Both the position numbers and the translations under genes were made by a program. Source: Bacteroidota bacterium (GTDB lineage: Bacteria > Bacteroidota > Ignavibacteria > OLB7). From it: DNA of 64,000 bases. Shown here in pieces: positions 8,814-18,835 of the stretch; positions within the stretch are counted from its first letter, which is position 1; the number at the start of each line of letters is the position of its first letter. The notes under the pieces were generated by a model that worked only from the letters and a program-made list of their open reading frames with translations, was not told the origin of the DNA and did not search any database. The DNA is taken from the NCBI GenBank assembly GCA_048498995.1, contig JBEHWX010000018.1, forward strand, positions 2,620 to 66,619. Direction: 5' to 3'.

Positions 8814-10928
8814 TCAATCCTCGCCGTCGGGGCCGGGGATGCTCTGCTCCACCGTCACGCTGACGCCGCGGGAAAGGCCGCGTCCCTCCGGCAGGGAGTT
8901 GTCGAAGCGCTCCCGCTCGATGCCGGCGCCCGACCAGCGCACCCGCACATCCTCCAGCCCGAGCGCGTCGATCATCGTCTTCAGCAGCGAGGCCACCTTC
9001 TCGGCCCGCTGATGGGAGAGCCCCACGTTGTAGCGCTCGTCGCCGATGCGGTCGGTGAAGCCGGTGATCGTCACCTCGGCGCCGTCGCGGAGCACGCGGG
9101 CTATCTCGCGGACCTCCAGCTCATGGGGGCGTTTCAGGTTGGCCACGTTGTAATCGAAGTTCACCAGCCCGAAGGAGATCCGCTCCCGGTCTCCATGCAC
9201 CTCGATCCGCTTGTCGATCACCCGCGTCTTCCGGTCGAGCACCAGCGGCACCTCGGCGTGCGCCACGGCCACCGCGCCGGTGGAGTCGACCACCGTCAGG
9301 GTCGCCAGCAGCGGGCTGAGGCCGGAATCGATCCGATCCTTGACGATGTTCCAGACCAGCTCGCGACGCGTCAGATCCCCCGTGTCGCGGCTGCTGTAGC
9401 GCGCCACCTCCGATCCTCCCTGCGTTACCGCGAGCGTCCACTCCCGCACCCCCGCCTCCGCCTCGAACATCGGGCTCATGCTGATCATCGGCGGGTTGAA
9501 ATCGCGCACCACCTCATCGGTCACCACCTGCTCGAGGAGCGCCGGCGGCGTGCCTATCAGCTCCACGCGGCGGTTGTCCTGCCGGCCATCCTCGGTCGCC
9601 TCGTTCGAGCGCTGCATCGCCCCCTCCCCGTCGCGGATCACCACACGGCTCCGATCGATCCCCCAGACGCCGGTCAGATAGGAGCGGACCGCCTCGGCGC
9701 GGGCGCCGGCCAGATCCGGAGCCTCGTCGCTGGAGGTGGAGGCAAGGAGCGTCAGGCGCGCCGAGCGGTTCCTGCGCATCCGCTCGCCGACCACGTTCAG
9801 CAGATGATGCTGGATGCCGAGCAGATCGAGTCCGACCAGATCCTCCATCAGGAACGTGTCGGCCGCCGAGCGGGCCAGCGCCGGATAGCGCGGCGCGATG
9901 ACCGCGGAATCGCGATCGAAGTAGACCACCGGAAGCAGCGGCGCGTGCTGACGATAGAGGATCTCGTGCGCGCGCACCATCACGGCCGGCAGACGATGAT
10001 GCGCCTCGTCCACGCCGTAGAGCTCCACCGACGCCGACAGGCGCGGCGCCTTCGGCAGCGGGATCAGCGCCGTCGGAGGGGCAACCTCCGGCTCCGGCAC
10101 CACGCCGCGCGGCGGAGCGGAGAGCTCCCCTCCCTGTCCGGCCAGCGGCTCGCGTGCCGGCGTCGCGTCGAACAGGAGCGAGAGATGGCCGCCGAGCGAA
10201 ACGGAGCGCGCGTTGAAGCCGGCGTAATGAGGGGTGATGTCGCCGGAAAGCTCGATCTCCGGCAGAAGCCAGGTCGAGCGGCCCACCGGCAGCGAATAGC
10301 CGAGCCGGATGGCGCCGCCGAGCTGGAGCAGATGCGTCTTCATCCGCTCTCCCCCCTCGGTGGTCTGCTCGGTCTGCCCTCCCAGGAACGCGAAGTCGTC
10401 GGGCCCCAGGATCTTGTCCGACTGGATCGCCTCGCCGAGCGACTGCACGCCGAAGATCGGGCCGGCGCTCAGCACCAGGCGGGAATCGACCTCCCACCGG
10501 AGGAGCATGCCGAGGCAGCCGCGCAGGAAGCTCGAGTGCAGCCGCGCCTCGTGATCGAGATAGTAGAGATGCTCCGCCTCGGCGTCGGTGATGGTGCGGG
10601 GCTCGCTCCAGGCGCCGTGAAGATCGGTGGTCATCATCGTGACCGTGGCGTCGATCGTCAGCCCGACGCCGCGCGAGAAGAAGGAGGGGATCGCCACGCT
10701 CCCGCCGAGCGGGATCATCCGCCCGCTGCCGTCGGTGATCACGCCGCACTCCGGATCGTTCCACTTGATCGGAATGGAGCTGACCACGCGCGAGACGCTC
10801 ATGCCGACGGTGGGACCGAACAGCAGCTCGCGACCGCTCCCCTGCTGCGCGCGGGCAACGGCGACCGTCCCCACGGCAAGCAGGAGCCGGAGGCTCCACT
10901 CGATGACGCGATGTCTGCTGGGTCTCAT
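8814..10928 (-). CDS. OmpA family protein (N-terminal beta-barrel plus two OmpA_C-like domains)
   Basis: Signal peptide; VYFDRDS...NRRVE and FDYN...ITGFTDRIG...LSHQRAEKV motifs. Confidence 0.85.
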   Translation of the reverse strand: MRPSRHRVIEWSLRLLLAVGTVAVARAQQGSGRELLFGPTVGMSVSRVVSSIPIKWNDPECGVITDGSGRMIPLGGSVAIPSFFSRGVGLTIDATVTMMTTDLHGAWSEPRTITDAEAEHLYYLDHEARLHSSFLRGCLGMLLRWEVDSRLVLSAGPIFGVQSLGEAIQSDKILGPDDFAFLGGQTEQTTEGGERMKTHLLQLGGAIRLGYSLPVGRSTWLLPEIELSGDITPHYAGFNARSVSLGGHLSLLFDATPAREPLAGQGGELSAPPRGVVPEPEVAPPTALIPLPKAPRLSASVELYGVDEAHHRLPAVMVRAHEILYRQHAPLLPVVYFDRDSAVIAPRYPALARSAADTFLMEDLVGLDLLGIQHHLLNVVGERMRRNRSARLTLLASTSSDEAPDLAGARAEAVRSYLTGVWGIDRSRVVIRDGEGAMQRSNEATEDGRQDNRRVELIGTPPALLEQVVTDEVVRDFNPPMISMSPMFEAEAGVREWTLAVTQGGSEVARYSSRDTGDLTRRELVWNIVKDRIDSGLSPLLATLTVVDSTGAVAVAHAEVPLVLDRKTRVIDKRIEVHGDRERISFGLVNFDYNVANLKRPHELEVREIARVLRDGAEVTITGFTDRIGDERYNVGLSHQRAEKVASLLKTMIDALGLEDVRVRWSGAGIERERFDNSLPEGRGLSRGVSVTVEQSIPGPDGED

Positions 10929-10984
10929 CTCTGATCGGCATTCACGGTCCGGCAACGCGCCGGACCCGAGGAAAATCACATCGA

Positions 10985-13900
10985 CTATTTCTGGATCACG
11001 ATCGGCATGGCGCTCATCTCGGCGCGGTCCCTGAGCTCCAGCCGGTAGACGCCGCTCGGCACCGTCGCGACGTGAAGCTCCGCGCTCTGCTCCTGGTCGG
11101 TGCCGGGAGCAAGGCGCTGCGAGAGCACCTCGCGTCCCACGATGTCGAGCAGCCGCAGCTCCGGCTCCACCCCGACCGGGGCGCGATAGATGATCGTGGC
11201 CTCACCGGCGATCGGGTTCGGACGGACCGAGCTGATCCGAACGCGGCGGCCGTACTGGAAGCCGCTGCCGATGTCGCAGCCGTTGAGGAGCACCATGCCG
11301 TCGGCGGTCATCTTCGGCATCCCGCGCCCGAGGAGCGTCACGCTCTCCACCTGTACATCATTGACCGGAACGCCGGTGGAAAGCCCCTCCATCTCCAGTT
11401 CGAAGAGCATGCTTCCGGTGATGAACGCGCCGGTCCCGACGCGCTCCACGGTCACCATCCCATCCCTCCCGCGCGACATCGCCGCGCCGGTCTCCCCGAC
11501 GCGCGCCGTGTGGTCGATCACGCCATGGAGGAAGAGGGAATGGGGATCGATCCGCAGCCGGACCGAATATCCGGTGACGCTGTCCTCCGGCGTCAGCGCC
11601 GGACGCGCCTTGAAGGCCAGGCGGAAGCGCTTGCCGACATCGGCCGTCACCGTGTCGAGCCACATCGCCGGCTGCGCCAGCAGGTGGAAGGGAGCCGACG
11701 TCGCGGTGCACTCCTCCCCGACCGTGAGCGTGTAGCCTCCGGGCTCGCCGAGCCTGATGGCGCGCCCGGTCCCGCCGGAGATCGGCACGCCGTTGCGGCT
11801 CCACTGGTAGCGGGAGGCCGGCTCCGCGGCGCTGAGCGTATCGCCGGTCACCACGATCACCGGCGTGGCCGGCCTCGGCAGCACGATCACCTCCACCGGC
11901 GTCGACGTTGCCGTGCAGCCATCCGAGCTCGCGGCCGTCACCGTGTAGCTTCCGGCCGATCGGACCACGATCACGGGGGTACCCGCGCCGGTGGACCACC
12001 GGTAGAAGGGGGCTCCGGCCGCCGCGCTCAACGTCACCGAATCTCCCTCGCAGATGATGATCGGGCCGGCCGGCGAGATCTCCGCGACCGGCAGCGGCAG
12101 CACCTCCACCGTCACCGGCTGCGAGACGCCGCCGCAGCCGTTGGCGTCGACCACCGTCACCGTGAACGTGCCCGGCTTCTCCACCAGGATCGTCCGCGAC
12201 GAGTCTCCGTTCGACCAGCGGTAGGAGTCGTAGCCGGCGCCGGCATCGAGCAGGGCGCGCTCGCCGGCGCAGATCTTCGTGCCGCCGACCGCCCTGATGC
12301 TCGGCTCCAGCCGGTCCCCGATCGTCACCTCGAGCGACGTGGTGGCCACGCAGCCGTCGAGCGAGCGGACCGTCAGGAGCACGCGGCCGATGCCGTCCCC
12401 CTGCCAGGTCACGGTGGCGTCGGTTCCTCCCTGGCCGGCAACGAGATCGCCGCCGGTCACCCGCCAGTCGTAGGCCACGCCGGGGCTGGCCGCGGCGCTG
12501 TAGACGATGGTGGAGCGGCGGCAGACGATCCGCGGCCCGTAGATCGTGGCGTCCGGAGCGGGGCGCACCACCACGCGCACCGGCTGCGAGACGCCGACGC
12601 ATCCCTCGCGGCTGGTGACGGTCACCTGGTAGACGCCGGAATCGCGCACCTCGATGGTACGGCCGGTTCTCCCGTCGGACCAGAGGTAGCTGGCGTAGCC
12701 GGGCCCGGCGTCGAGCACGGTCCTGTCGCCGGCGCAGATCGCGGTGCCGTTGGAGGCGGTCACCACCGGCGGCTTCTCGAGTCCCTCCAGCACGTTGACC
12801 ACGCCGGAGCGGCCGCTGCAGCCGAAGTTGTCGGACACGTCGACCCAGTACGCCCCCGGCGTCCGCGCGAGAATGGTCCGCGTGGTCTCTCCGGTCGACC
12901 AGCGATAGCTGGCGTAGCCGGGCCCCGCGTCCAGCGTGAGCGAGTCGACGCCGCAGAGGCGGAGCGGACGATCGCCGATCACCACCGGCACCAGGCCGTT
13001 GCCGATCGAGACCTTCAGCGCCGCCGACGACGCGCAGCCGCTGGGGTCGACATGCGCGCTGACGCGCACGGTCCCCTCGCCGACGGCGCCCCATCTGATC
13101 GTCACGGTCGAGGCGTTGGCCGGGCCGATGATCTGCCCCCCTCCTCCCTCCACCGACCACTCGACGACATATCCCGGCGGGACATCGTAGCGCTGCTCGG
13201 CGCCGGCGCAGACCGCGCTCGGCCCCTGTATCGCGATCACCGGCAACGGGTCGACCACGACGGCGATCGAGTCCGACGTGGCAAGGCAGCCGATGTCGTT
13301 GGCGACCGTCACCGCGAAGCGGCCGGTGCGGCGCGCCACGATCTGACGGGTCCGCTCGCCGCTGGACCAGAGGTAGCTCCGATAGGTCCCCCCGGCATCG
13401 AGGATGATGCTGTCCCCCTCGCAGAACCGGAGCGGACGATCCGGAACGATCACCGGATGCGGGCGCGGCTCGGCGCGGACGGTAACCGCCGGGGAGAGTG
13501 CGCCGCAGCCGTTGGAGTCGGTGACGGTGACGCTGTAGCTGCCGGAGCTCGTCACCTCGATCGTGCGCGTGGTCTCTCCGGTCGACCAGAGGTAGCTCCT
13601 GGCGCCGGCCGGTGCCTGCAGCGGCAGACGATCCCCCTCGCAGAACAGCGTCGGCCCGAGCGGCGTGACGCGCGCGGCCGGGCGCGGATGCACCGTTATC
13701 GTAATCGGATCGGAGGTGGCCGGGCAGCCGAAGGAGTTCATCACGGTGACCGTATAGGTGCCGGGAGCGCGCACCACGATGCGCTGCGACGTGCCGCCGG
13801 ATGACCAGACATAGTTCATGAAGCCGGGATCGGCCTCGAGCACGGCGGAGTCGCCGTCGCAGATCACCAGCGGACCGCCGGTGATCCTCGGCTTGGTGCG

Positions 13901-16489
13901 GGGCTTGACGATCACCTCGGAGGTGACGCTGGCGATGCAGTCGTTCTCGTTCGTGACGGTCACCGTGTAGCGGCCGGAGCGGCCCACGGTGATCCGGCGC
14001 GTGCTCTGCCCGCTCGACCAGCGGTAGGAGGCGTAGCCGGCGGTGGCCTCGAGCGTCACGCTGTCCCCCTCGCAGATCGTGGCGATCGCCCCCGGCAGAA
14101 TCGTGACGGTCGGCCGCGGAAACAGCGTGGTCGTGACCGTATCGGAATATCCGGTGCAGAGCCCATCATCCACCCAGACCCAGAAGCGATCGCCGGTCTT
14201 GGCCACGATGCTCGGGCTGGTGGCGCCGGTGGACCAGCGGTAGGCGCGGTAGCCGTTCGGCACGCTCAGCGTGATGCTGTCGCCGTCGCAGAACCGGAGC
14301 GATGCCGAGGCGACGACCATCGGGTGGAGATCGCAGAGGGTGGCCAGGAAAAGATCGGTCCCGCCGCCGAGGCGCCCCTGCGTGGCTCCCTGCGTGATCG
14401 GGAAATCGCTGCTGGCGGTGACGCCGTAGACCACGATGGCGCTGCCGGAGATGCCGCCGCCGATCGCGCTCTCCGCGCCGGTGCCGCCGAGATAAGTGCT
14501 CCAGATGGGCCGGCCGAGCGTGTCGAGCTTGGCGATCACCGCGTCGCGCACGCCGCTCCTGGTCCGGACCAGCGCGTCGGCGGTGACCGGAAAGTTCGTG
14601 CTCTCGGAATAGCCGAGCACCACCGAGCGTCCGGAGGTGTCGACCACCACGCCGAGGAGATTGTCGGCCGAGGAGCCGCCGAGATAGGTGGACCACTTGA
14701 GGGCGCCGGCCGTGCTGAAGCGGGCCACGAAGCCGTCATCCCCCCCCGGCGCGCTCCGGAGATACGCCCCGGCCGTGGTCGGGAATGTGTTCGAGGCGGT
14801 GACGCCGCAGAGGACCGCGTCGCCGTTCGGCGCCGTGGCGATCGACTGCACCCGATCCCCCCCGCCTCCACCGAAATAGGTGGACCATGTGGCGGCGCCC
14901 GAGGCCGACAGCTGCATCAGGAACCCGCAGCCGCCGTTCGGCGCGGTCCGCCGGTAGGCGCCGGGGCTCACCGGAAAATCGCTGCTGGCGGTCTCGCCGG
15001 CCAGGAGGACGCTTCCAGCGGCGTCGAGCGCCACAGCGCGCGCCACGTCGTCGGAGGTGCCGCCGGCGTAGGTGGCCCAGAGGCGCGACCCGCCGGAGGT
15101 GAAGAGGGCCACGAACGCATCGGCCGAGCCGCCGCCGCGCAGGGTCTGAAACACGCCGGGCGTGGCGATGCCGTTGCTCCGGGTGCTCCCGGCCAGCACC
15201 ACGCTCCCGGCCGAATCGACCGCCACCGCGCCGACCTGCTCCTCGGCCGTTCCGCCGAAATAGGTGGCCCAGCGCCGCGCGCCGGCCGCGTCCAGGGAGA
15301 CGAGGAAGCAGTCGCCGCTCCCCTGGTATCTCGACTGGAAGCTCGGCGAGGTGACCGGGAAGTCGCTGCTCCGGGTGGTTCCGCCGACAACGACGTTCCC
15401 GGCGCCATCGACCCCGACGCCCCCGGGGATATCCTCGGCGGTCCCGCCGTAGTAGGTTGCCCAGAGGAGGCGTCCGTTCCGGTCGAGCTTGGAGATCGCC
15501 ACGTCGCTGGCGCCGGCGGCGGCGATGCTCCCCTGAAACGCGCCGACCGTCGCCGGAAAGTTGAGGCTGAAGGTGGAGGTCGCCACCAGGATGTTGCCGC
15601 CGCGATCGACCGCCATCGTGGCCCCCGCCCCGGTCGGCCCCGATTCGTCGAGGCTTCCGCCGAGGTAGGTGCTCCAGGTCAGGAGCGGATCGATCACCAG
15701 CGGACGCGTGCGGTCGAAGTCGTCGACATCGAAGCCGATCATCTCGTCGGTGACGATGTAGTCGCTGCGGACGGTCACGTCATCCCAACCGCGCTGCTCG
15801 CCGTGCGGCCCCACCCGCTGTGCCTGCGGGCCTTGATAGCTGTACGGCTTCCCCTCCTCGACCCAGCCGAGGGGAGTGGCGATCCGGACCCCGCGATCCG
15901 ACGTCGGCGCGAGCGACGTGGCGCCGCGGTAACGGAGCAGGATGCGGGAGGGATCGCCGCCGGGATTGACCACGAACTCGTACTTCAGCCGGGAGCCGTC
16001 GCCACGGACCACGAAGTCGATGTGAGGATAGATGTCGTGGTAGACGAGCTCGCCGAAGCTCCTGACGCCGGTGACGGCGCCGGTGACGGTGCCGGCGGGC
16101 GCCGGGCGGTAGAAGGTGACCGCCGGACCGGTCTGCCCCGAGGGGACGATGGATGTGAGGGGCGTGGGATCGACGAACTCCATGTCCATCCGGTAGAGGA
16201 GGACGGAGTCGCCGCCGGCGGCGGGGCGCCGGAAGACGTAGCTGAAGCCGGAGGCACGGAGGAAGATGGTGGCGCCGTTGGCGCTGGCCGTATAGAGGAT
16301 ATCGGGGCGGAGCGCGCCGCGGGTATCCCTGATCTGACCGCGGTTCTCGAGGAAGGCGACCTGGGAGCTGGCCTGGGGAGCATCGAGCCCATCCGGGAGC
16401 ACGCCCGACGCGCGTTGCGCCTGAATGCGCAGCGGAAGCATCAGGAGCGTGAGCACCACCACGATGAGACAGCCCCCCCGAACCATCAT
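10985..16489 (-). CDS. Large SBBP beta-propeller / Cys-bridged Ig-like repeat surface protein with T9SS-type C-terminal domain
   Basis: FLENRGQ N-terminus, WSTYLGG repeats, about 11 CxGDS..Y.WS.G..GC repeats, C-terminal PNP...DIVGR...SGVYRL; start set at the signal peptide. Confidence 0.88.
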   Translation of the reverse strand: MMVRGGCLIVVVLTLLMLPLRIQAQRASGVLPDGLDAPQASSQVAFLENRGQIRDTRGALRPDILYTASANGATIFLRASGFSYVFRRPAAGGDSVLLYRMDMEFVDPTPLTSIVPSGQTGPAVTFYRPAPAGTVTGAVTGVRSFGELVYHDIYPHIDFVVRGDGSRLKYEFVVNPGGDPSRILLRYRGATSLAPTSDRGVRIATPLGWVEEGKPYSYQGPQAQRVGPHGEQRGWDDVTVRSDYIVTDEMIGFDVDDFDRTRPLVIDPLLTWSTYLGGSLDESGPTGAGATMAVDRGGNILVATSTFSLNFPATVGAFQGSIAAAGASDVAISKLDRNGRLLWATYYGGTAEDIPGGVGVDGAGNVVVGGTTRSSDFPVTSPSFQSRYQGSGDCFLVSLDAAGARRWATYFGGTAEEQVGAVAVDSAGSVVLAGSTRSNGIATPGVFQTLRGGGSADAFVALFTSGGSRLWATYAGGTSDDVARAVALDAAGSVLLAGETASSDFPVSPGAYRRTAPNGGCGFLMQLSASGAATWSTYFGGGGGDRVQSIATAPNGDAVLCGVTASNTFPTTAGAYLRSAPGGDDGFVARFSTAGALKWSTYLGGSSADNLLGVVVDTSGRSVVLGYSESTNFPVTADALVRTRSGVRDAVIAKLDTLGRPIWSTYLGGTGAESAIGGGISGSAIVVYGVTASSDFPITQGATQGRLGGGTDLFLATLCDLHPMVVASASLRFCDGDSITLSVPNGYRAYRWSTGATSPSIVAKTGDRFWVWVDDGLCTGYSDTVTTTLFPRPTVTILPGAIATICEGDSVTLEATAGYASYRWSSGQSTRRITVGRSGRYTVTVTNENDCIASVTSEVIVKPRTKPRITGGPLVICDGDSAVLEADPGFMNYVWSSGGTSQRIVVRAPGTYTVTVMNSFGCPATSDPITITVHPRPAARVTPLGPTLFCEGDRLPLQAPAGARSYLWSTGETTRTIEVTSSGSYSVTVTDSNGCGALSPAVTVRAEPRPHPVIVPDRPLRFCEGDSIILDAGGTYRSYLWSSGERTRQIVARRTGRFAVTVANDIGCLATSDSIAVVVDPLPVIAIQGPSAVCAGAEQRYDVPPGYVVEWSVEGGGGQIIGPANASTVTIRWGAVGEGTVRVSAHVDPSGCASSAALKVSIGNGLVPVVIGDRPLRLCGVDSLTLDAGPGYASYRWSTGETTRTILARTPGAYWVDVSDNFGCSGRSGVVNVLEGLEKPPVVTASNGTAICAGDRTVLDAGPGYASYLWSDGRTGRTIEVRDSGVYQVTVTSREGCVGVSQPVRVVVRPAPDATIYGPRIVCRRSTIVYSAAASPGVAYDWRVTGGDLVAGQGGTDATVTWQGDGIGRVLLTVRSLDGCVATTSLEVTIGDRLEPSIRAVGGTKICAGERALLDAGAGYDSYRWSNGDSSRTILVEKPGTFTVTVVDANGCGGVSQPVTVEVLPLPVAEISPAGPIIICEGDSVTLSAAAGAPFYRWSTGAGTPVIVVRSAGSYTVTAASSDGCTATSTPVEVIVLPRPATPVIVVTGDTLSAAEPASRYQWSRNGVPISGGTGRAIRLGEPGGYTLTVGEECTATSAPFHLLAQPAMWLDTVTADVGKRFRLAFKARPALTPEDSVTGYSVRLRIDPHSLFLHGVIDHTARVGETGAAMSRGRDGMVTVERVGTGAFITGSMLFELEMEGLSTGVPVNDVQVESVTLLGRGMPKMTADGMVLLNGCDIGSGFQYGRRVRISSVRPNPIAGEATIIYRAPVGVEPELRLLDIVGREVLSQRLAPGTDQEQSAELHVATVPSGVYRLELRDRAEMSAMPIVIQK

Positions 16490-16799
16490 GACACCTCGAC
16501 GTAACCGTTGTCGTTCGCTTTCATCGACTCGAATCGAAGGAGCATCCGACCGAACCGGCCGACTCCTGATGCATGGAACTGGAGGAGGAAGTCCCGACGC
16601 ACAACCGGCCGCGTTCTCCCAAAACAGCCGATCGAAACTATCGAGACTTCCTCTCCATGATCGTGGCCCGGACATCCGGACTCGAGCCGCTCCACTCGGG
16701 GGAAACGGGCTCGGCCAACGCCGGGGGCAAGCAGCAGGAACCGCCGGTAGAAGACGCCCCTCCTCATGGCCGTTGAATGTCGCCGTAGGGGTGTGGCCT

Positions 16800-16824
16800 G
16801 CGACAATCGCGACGCGCGCGTGTC
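16800..16824 (+). promoter_or_regulatory. Candidate ECF sigma promoter GCGACA-N13-CGTGTC facing the sigma gene
   Basis: Same motif and spacing as the copy at 17108-17132 on the opposite strand. Confidence 0.5.
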
Positions 16825-17107
16825 CTTCATCGAGGAGCCGGCCGGGCCGGCGCGCGATACTTCCCGGTGAGGGAAGCGCGTCGAGGGCGAGGATCTCCCG
16901 GATCGAAGCCGGGAGCGAAGGGGTGAATCGAGGCACCAGCCACGGCGGTCCCACTCGTGGTCGACCGCCGTTCAGAGCAACAACGCCAGAGGGATTCGAA
17001 ACATCACACCGGGTTGAAAATTCCCCGGTTTTCCCTCGGCCAGGCCCCGAGCCCGACGGCCTCGGACCGTCCCGGCCGGCTGCCGGCGGAACGACCCTCA
17101 CCCTATA

Positions 17108-17132
17108 GACACGAAAATCGAAATCATGTCGC
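17108..17132 (-). promoter_or_regulatory. Candidate ECF sigma promoter GCGACA-N13-CGTGTC facing the SBBP gene
   Basis: Minus strand reads GCGACAtgatttcgattttCGTGTC. Confidence 0.5.
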
Positions 17133-17199
17133 GCCGGTGGCGATGTGATGTTCGGGCGGACTTCCGCGTTATCTCCGGAAACAACGATCCCAGAGCGCT

Positions 17200-17853
17200 A
17201 TGAGCTGGTACAGACAGATCGTCTCCCCACAGACCGTCACCAGACGGAAGAAGGATCCTCCTCAGGGAGGGCCCGAGGCGGATTCGCGGCTGATGGCCCG
17301 CTTCCTCGACGGAGAGGACGCGGCGCTGGTCGAGCTGTTCGACCGGCACAACCACCGGCTCTTTCTCTACGCGATGCAGTTCGTCCACGCGCAGGAGCGC
17401 GCCGAGGACCTTACCCAGGAGCTCTGGGAGCGGGTGATCCGCCTCCGCTCCGAGGGGCGCACCACGCCGGAGAACCCGCTCGGATTGTTCCTGACCATTC
17501 TGCGCAACCTTTGTCTCGACTCCATTCGCCGTGACCGACACCATTCGACCATCGAGGAGCTGCCGGAGGGGAACCATCCAACCTCCACCCTCCCCGAGCT
17601 TTCGCACATGGAGGAGCTGGTGATACTGGCACTCCCCCATCTGCCGGTGCAGCAGCGCGAGGTGCTGGTGCTCAATGCCTACTCCGGCTACCGGTTCGAC
17701 GAGATCGCCGAAATGACCGGCGAGCCGGTCGGCGCCATCCGGACACGCGCCTGGCGCGCCCGCGCCCACCTCGGACGCATCATCTCGGCGATGATCGGCA
17801 TCGACGAGGATCATCAACTCGACGCTCCCCACGCCACAGGAGGTGAGGAATGA
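17200..17853 (+). CDS. ECF RNA polymerase sigma factor
   Basis: AEDLTQE in region 2; REVLVL...EIAEMTG..VGAIRTR..RAR in region 4. Confidence 0.92.
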   Translation: MSWYRQIVSPQTVTRRKKDPPQGGPEADSRLMARFLDGEDAALVELFDRHNHRLFLYAMQFVHAQERAEDLTQELWERVIRLRSEGRTTPENPLGLFLTILRNLCLDSIRRDRHHSTIEELPEGNHPTSTLPELSHMEELVILALPHLPVQQREVLVLNAYSGYRFDEIAEMTGEPVGAIRTRAWRARAHLGRIISAMIGIDEDHQLDAPHATGGEE

Positions 17854-18686
17854 CCCGCAGCGAGCATGAGCATCTGGTGGAGCGCTACCTGAGCGGCCGG
17901 ATGTCACCGGCCGATGAACAGGAGTTCTTTATCCAGGTCGCCGTCGACTCCAACCTCCGGCAGACCCTGAAAGCATATCGCGTGGTCGAGAGCGCCATGC
18001 AGAAGCATCGCGACTCTCTCCCCGCGCAGCATCTTGCCTCGCGCGCCAAGCTGATCTCCCGGCTGGAGGGAGCCCGTGCCGGCGAATCGGCGATGGAGAC
18101 CGGCGGACGTGCTCTGACCGGCTCCGGCGCGGCGGGCATGGGCGTCCGGTGGTCGATGGCCGCCGTGGCCGCGGCCGCGCTCACGGTCGGCGCGCTGGTG
18201 ATCGGTCCGCTGATCAATCGCGACGCCGCTCCGCGCGTTGCCACGCCGGCATCCTCCGGCGCGAGCGCCCCGGCGATGACACGCCCCTCCACCCCGACCA
18301 TGCCGCGACAGAACGCCCCGGTCGAGCATCACGCCACCGCGTCGGATGCCGCGACTTCGGGCGCCGTCGAGACCATCGCTCCCGACGCGGTACGGGGAGC
18401 GGCACAAAGCTCCGCGGAGCCCCGCGCCGCCGGTGAGCACGCCATGCCCCGCGAGCGCCATCGCTCGCCGGTCGAGGAAGCGGGCACGCGCGCGGCCTCG
18501 CGACGCGCCTCGTCGCCGGCGTCGGTCGAGACATCCAATGGAGCGGCCACGAGCGTCAGCGAGGGGAGCACCGAGCCGCAGGAGTGGGTGAGCACCAGGC
18601 ACACCCGCACCGCGAAGCCCCGGTACACCTCGCAGGACACGATCCGGATTCCGGTCCAGATCAACCTTCCGAATAGTCCGAAATAA
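17850..18686 (+). CDS. Putative anti-sigma factor
   Basis: ATGA overlap with the sigma gene; N-terminal LVERYLSGRM helix, one TM segment, disordered Ala/Pro/Ser tail. Confidence 0.75.
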   Translation: MTRSEHEHLVERYLSGRMSPADEQEFFIQVAVDSNLRQTLKAYRVVESAMQKHRDSLPAQHLASRAKLISRLEGARAGESAMETGGRALTGSGAAGMGVRWSMAAVAAAALTVGALVIGPLINRDAAPRVATPASSGASAPAMTRPSTPTMPRQNAPVEHHATASDAATSGAVETIAPDAVRGAAQSSAEPRAAGEHAMPRERHRSPVEEAGTRAASRRASSPASVETSNGAATSVSEGSTEPQEWVSTRHTRTAKPRYTSQDTIRIPVQINLPNSPK

Positions 18687-18751
18687 CGGAATCACACTTC
18701 CGTTCAGGTTATCATCGGGCTGCGTACCACCTCCGCGGCCCGATACCAAGA

Positions 18752-18779
18752 AGGCCCGACGGCCAACAACGTCGGGCCT
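18752..18779. terminator. Putative terminator between convergent genes
   Basis: AGGCCCGACG/CGTCGGGCCT 10-bp stem. Confidence 0.5.
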
Positions 18780-18835
18780 CGCCTGTTTATGGACCGGCCG
18801 TGATACGATGGTATCTCCCATGGCGACTCACGCGC

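Noticed and set aside
11072-13804. 910-aa plus-strand ORF, and similar long ORFs at 8586-10934, 14324-16504 and 53503-55977
   Set aside because: Antisense shadows of real GC-rich genes; Arg/His/Gly-rich with no motifs
16490-17101. N-terminal 204-aa extension of the SBBP ORF
   Set aside because: Low-complexity, precedes a clear signal peptide and overlaps the promoter motifs
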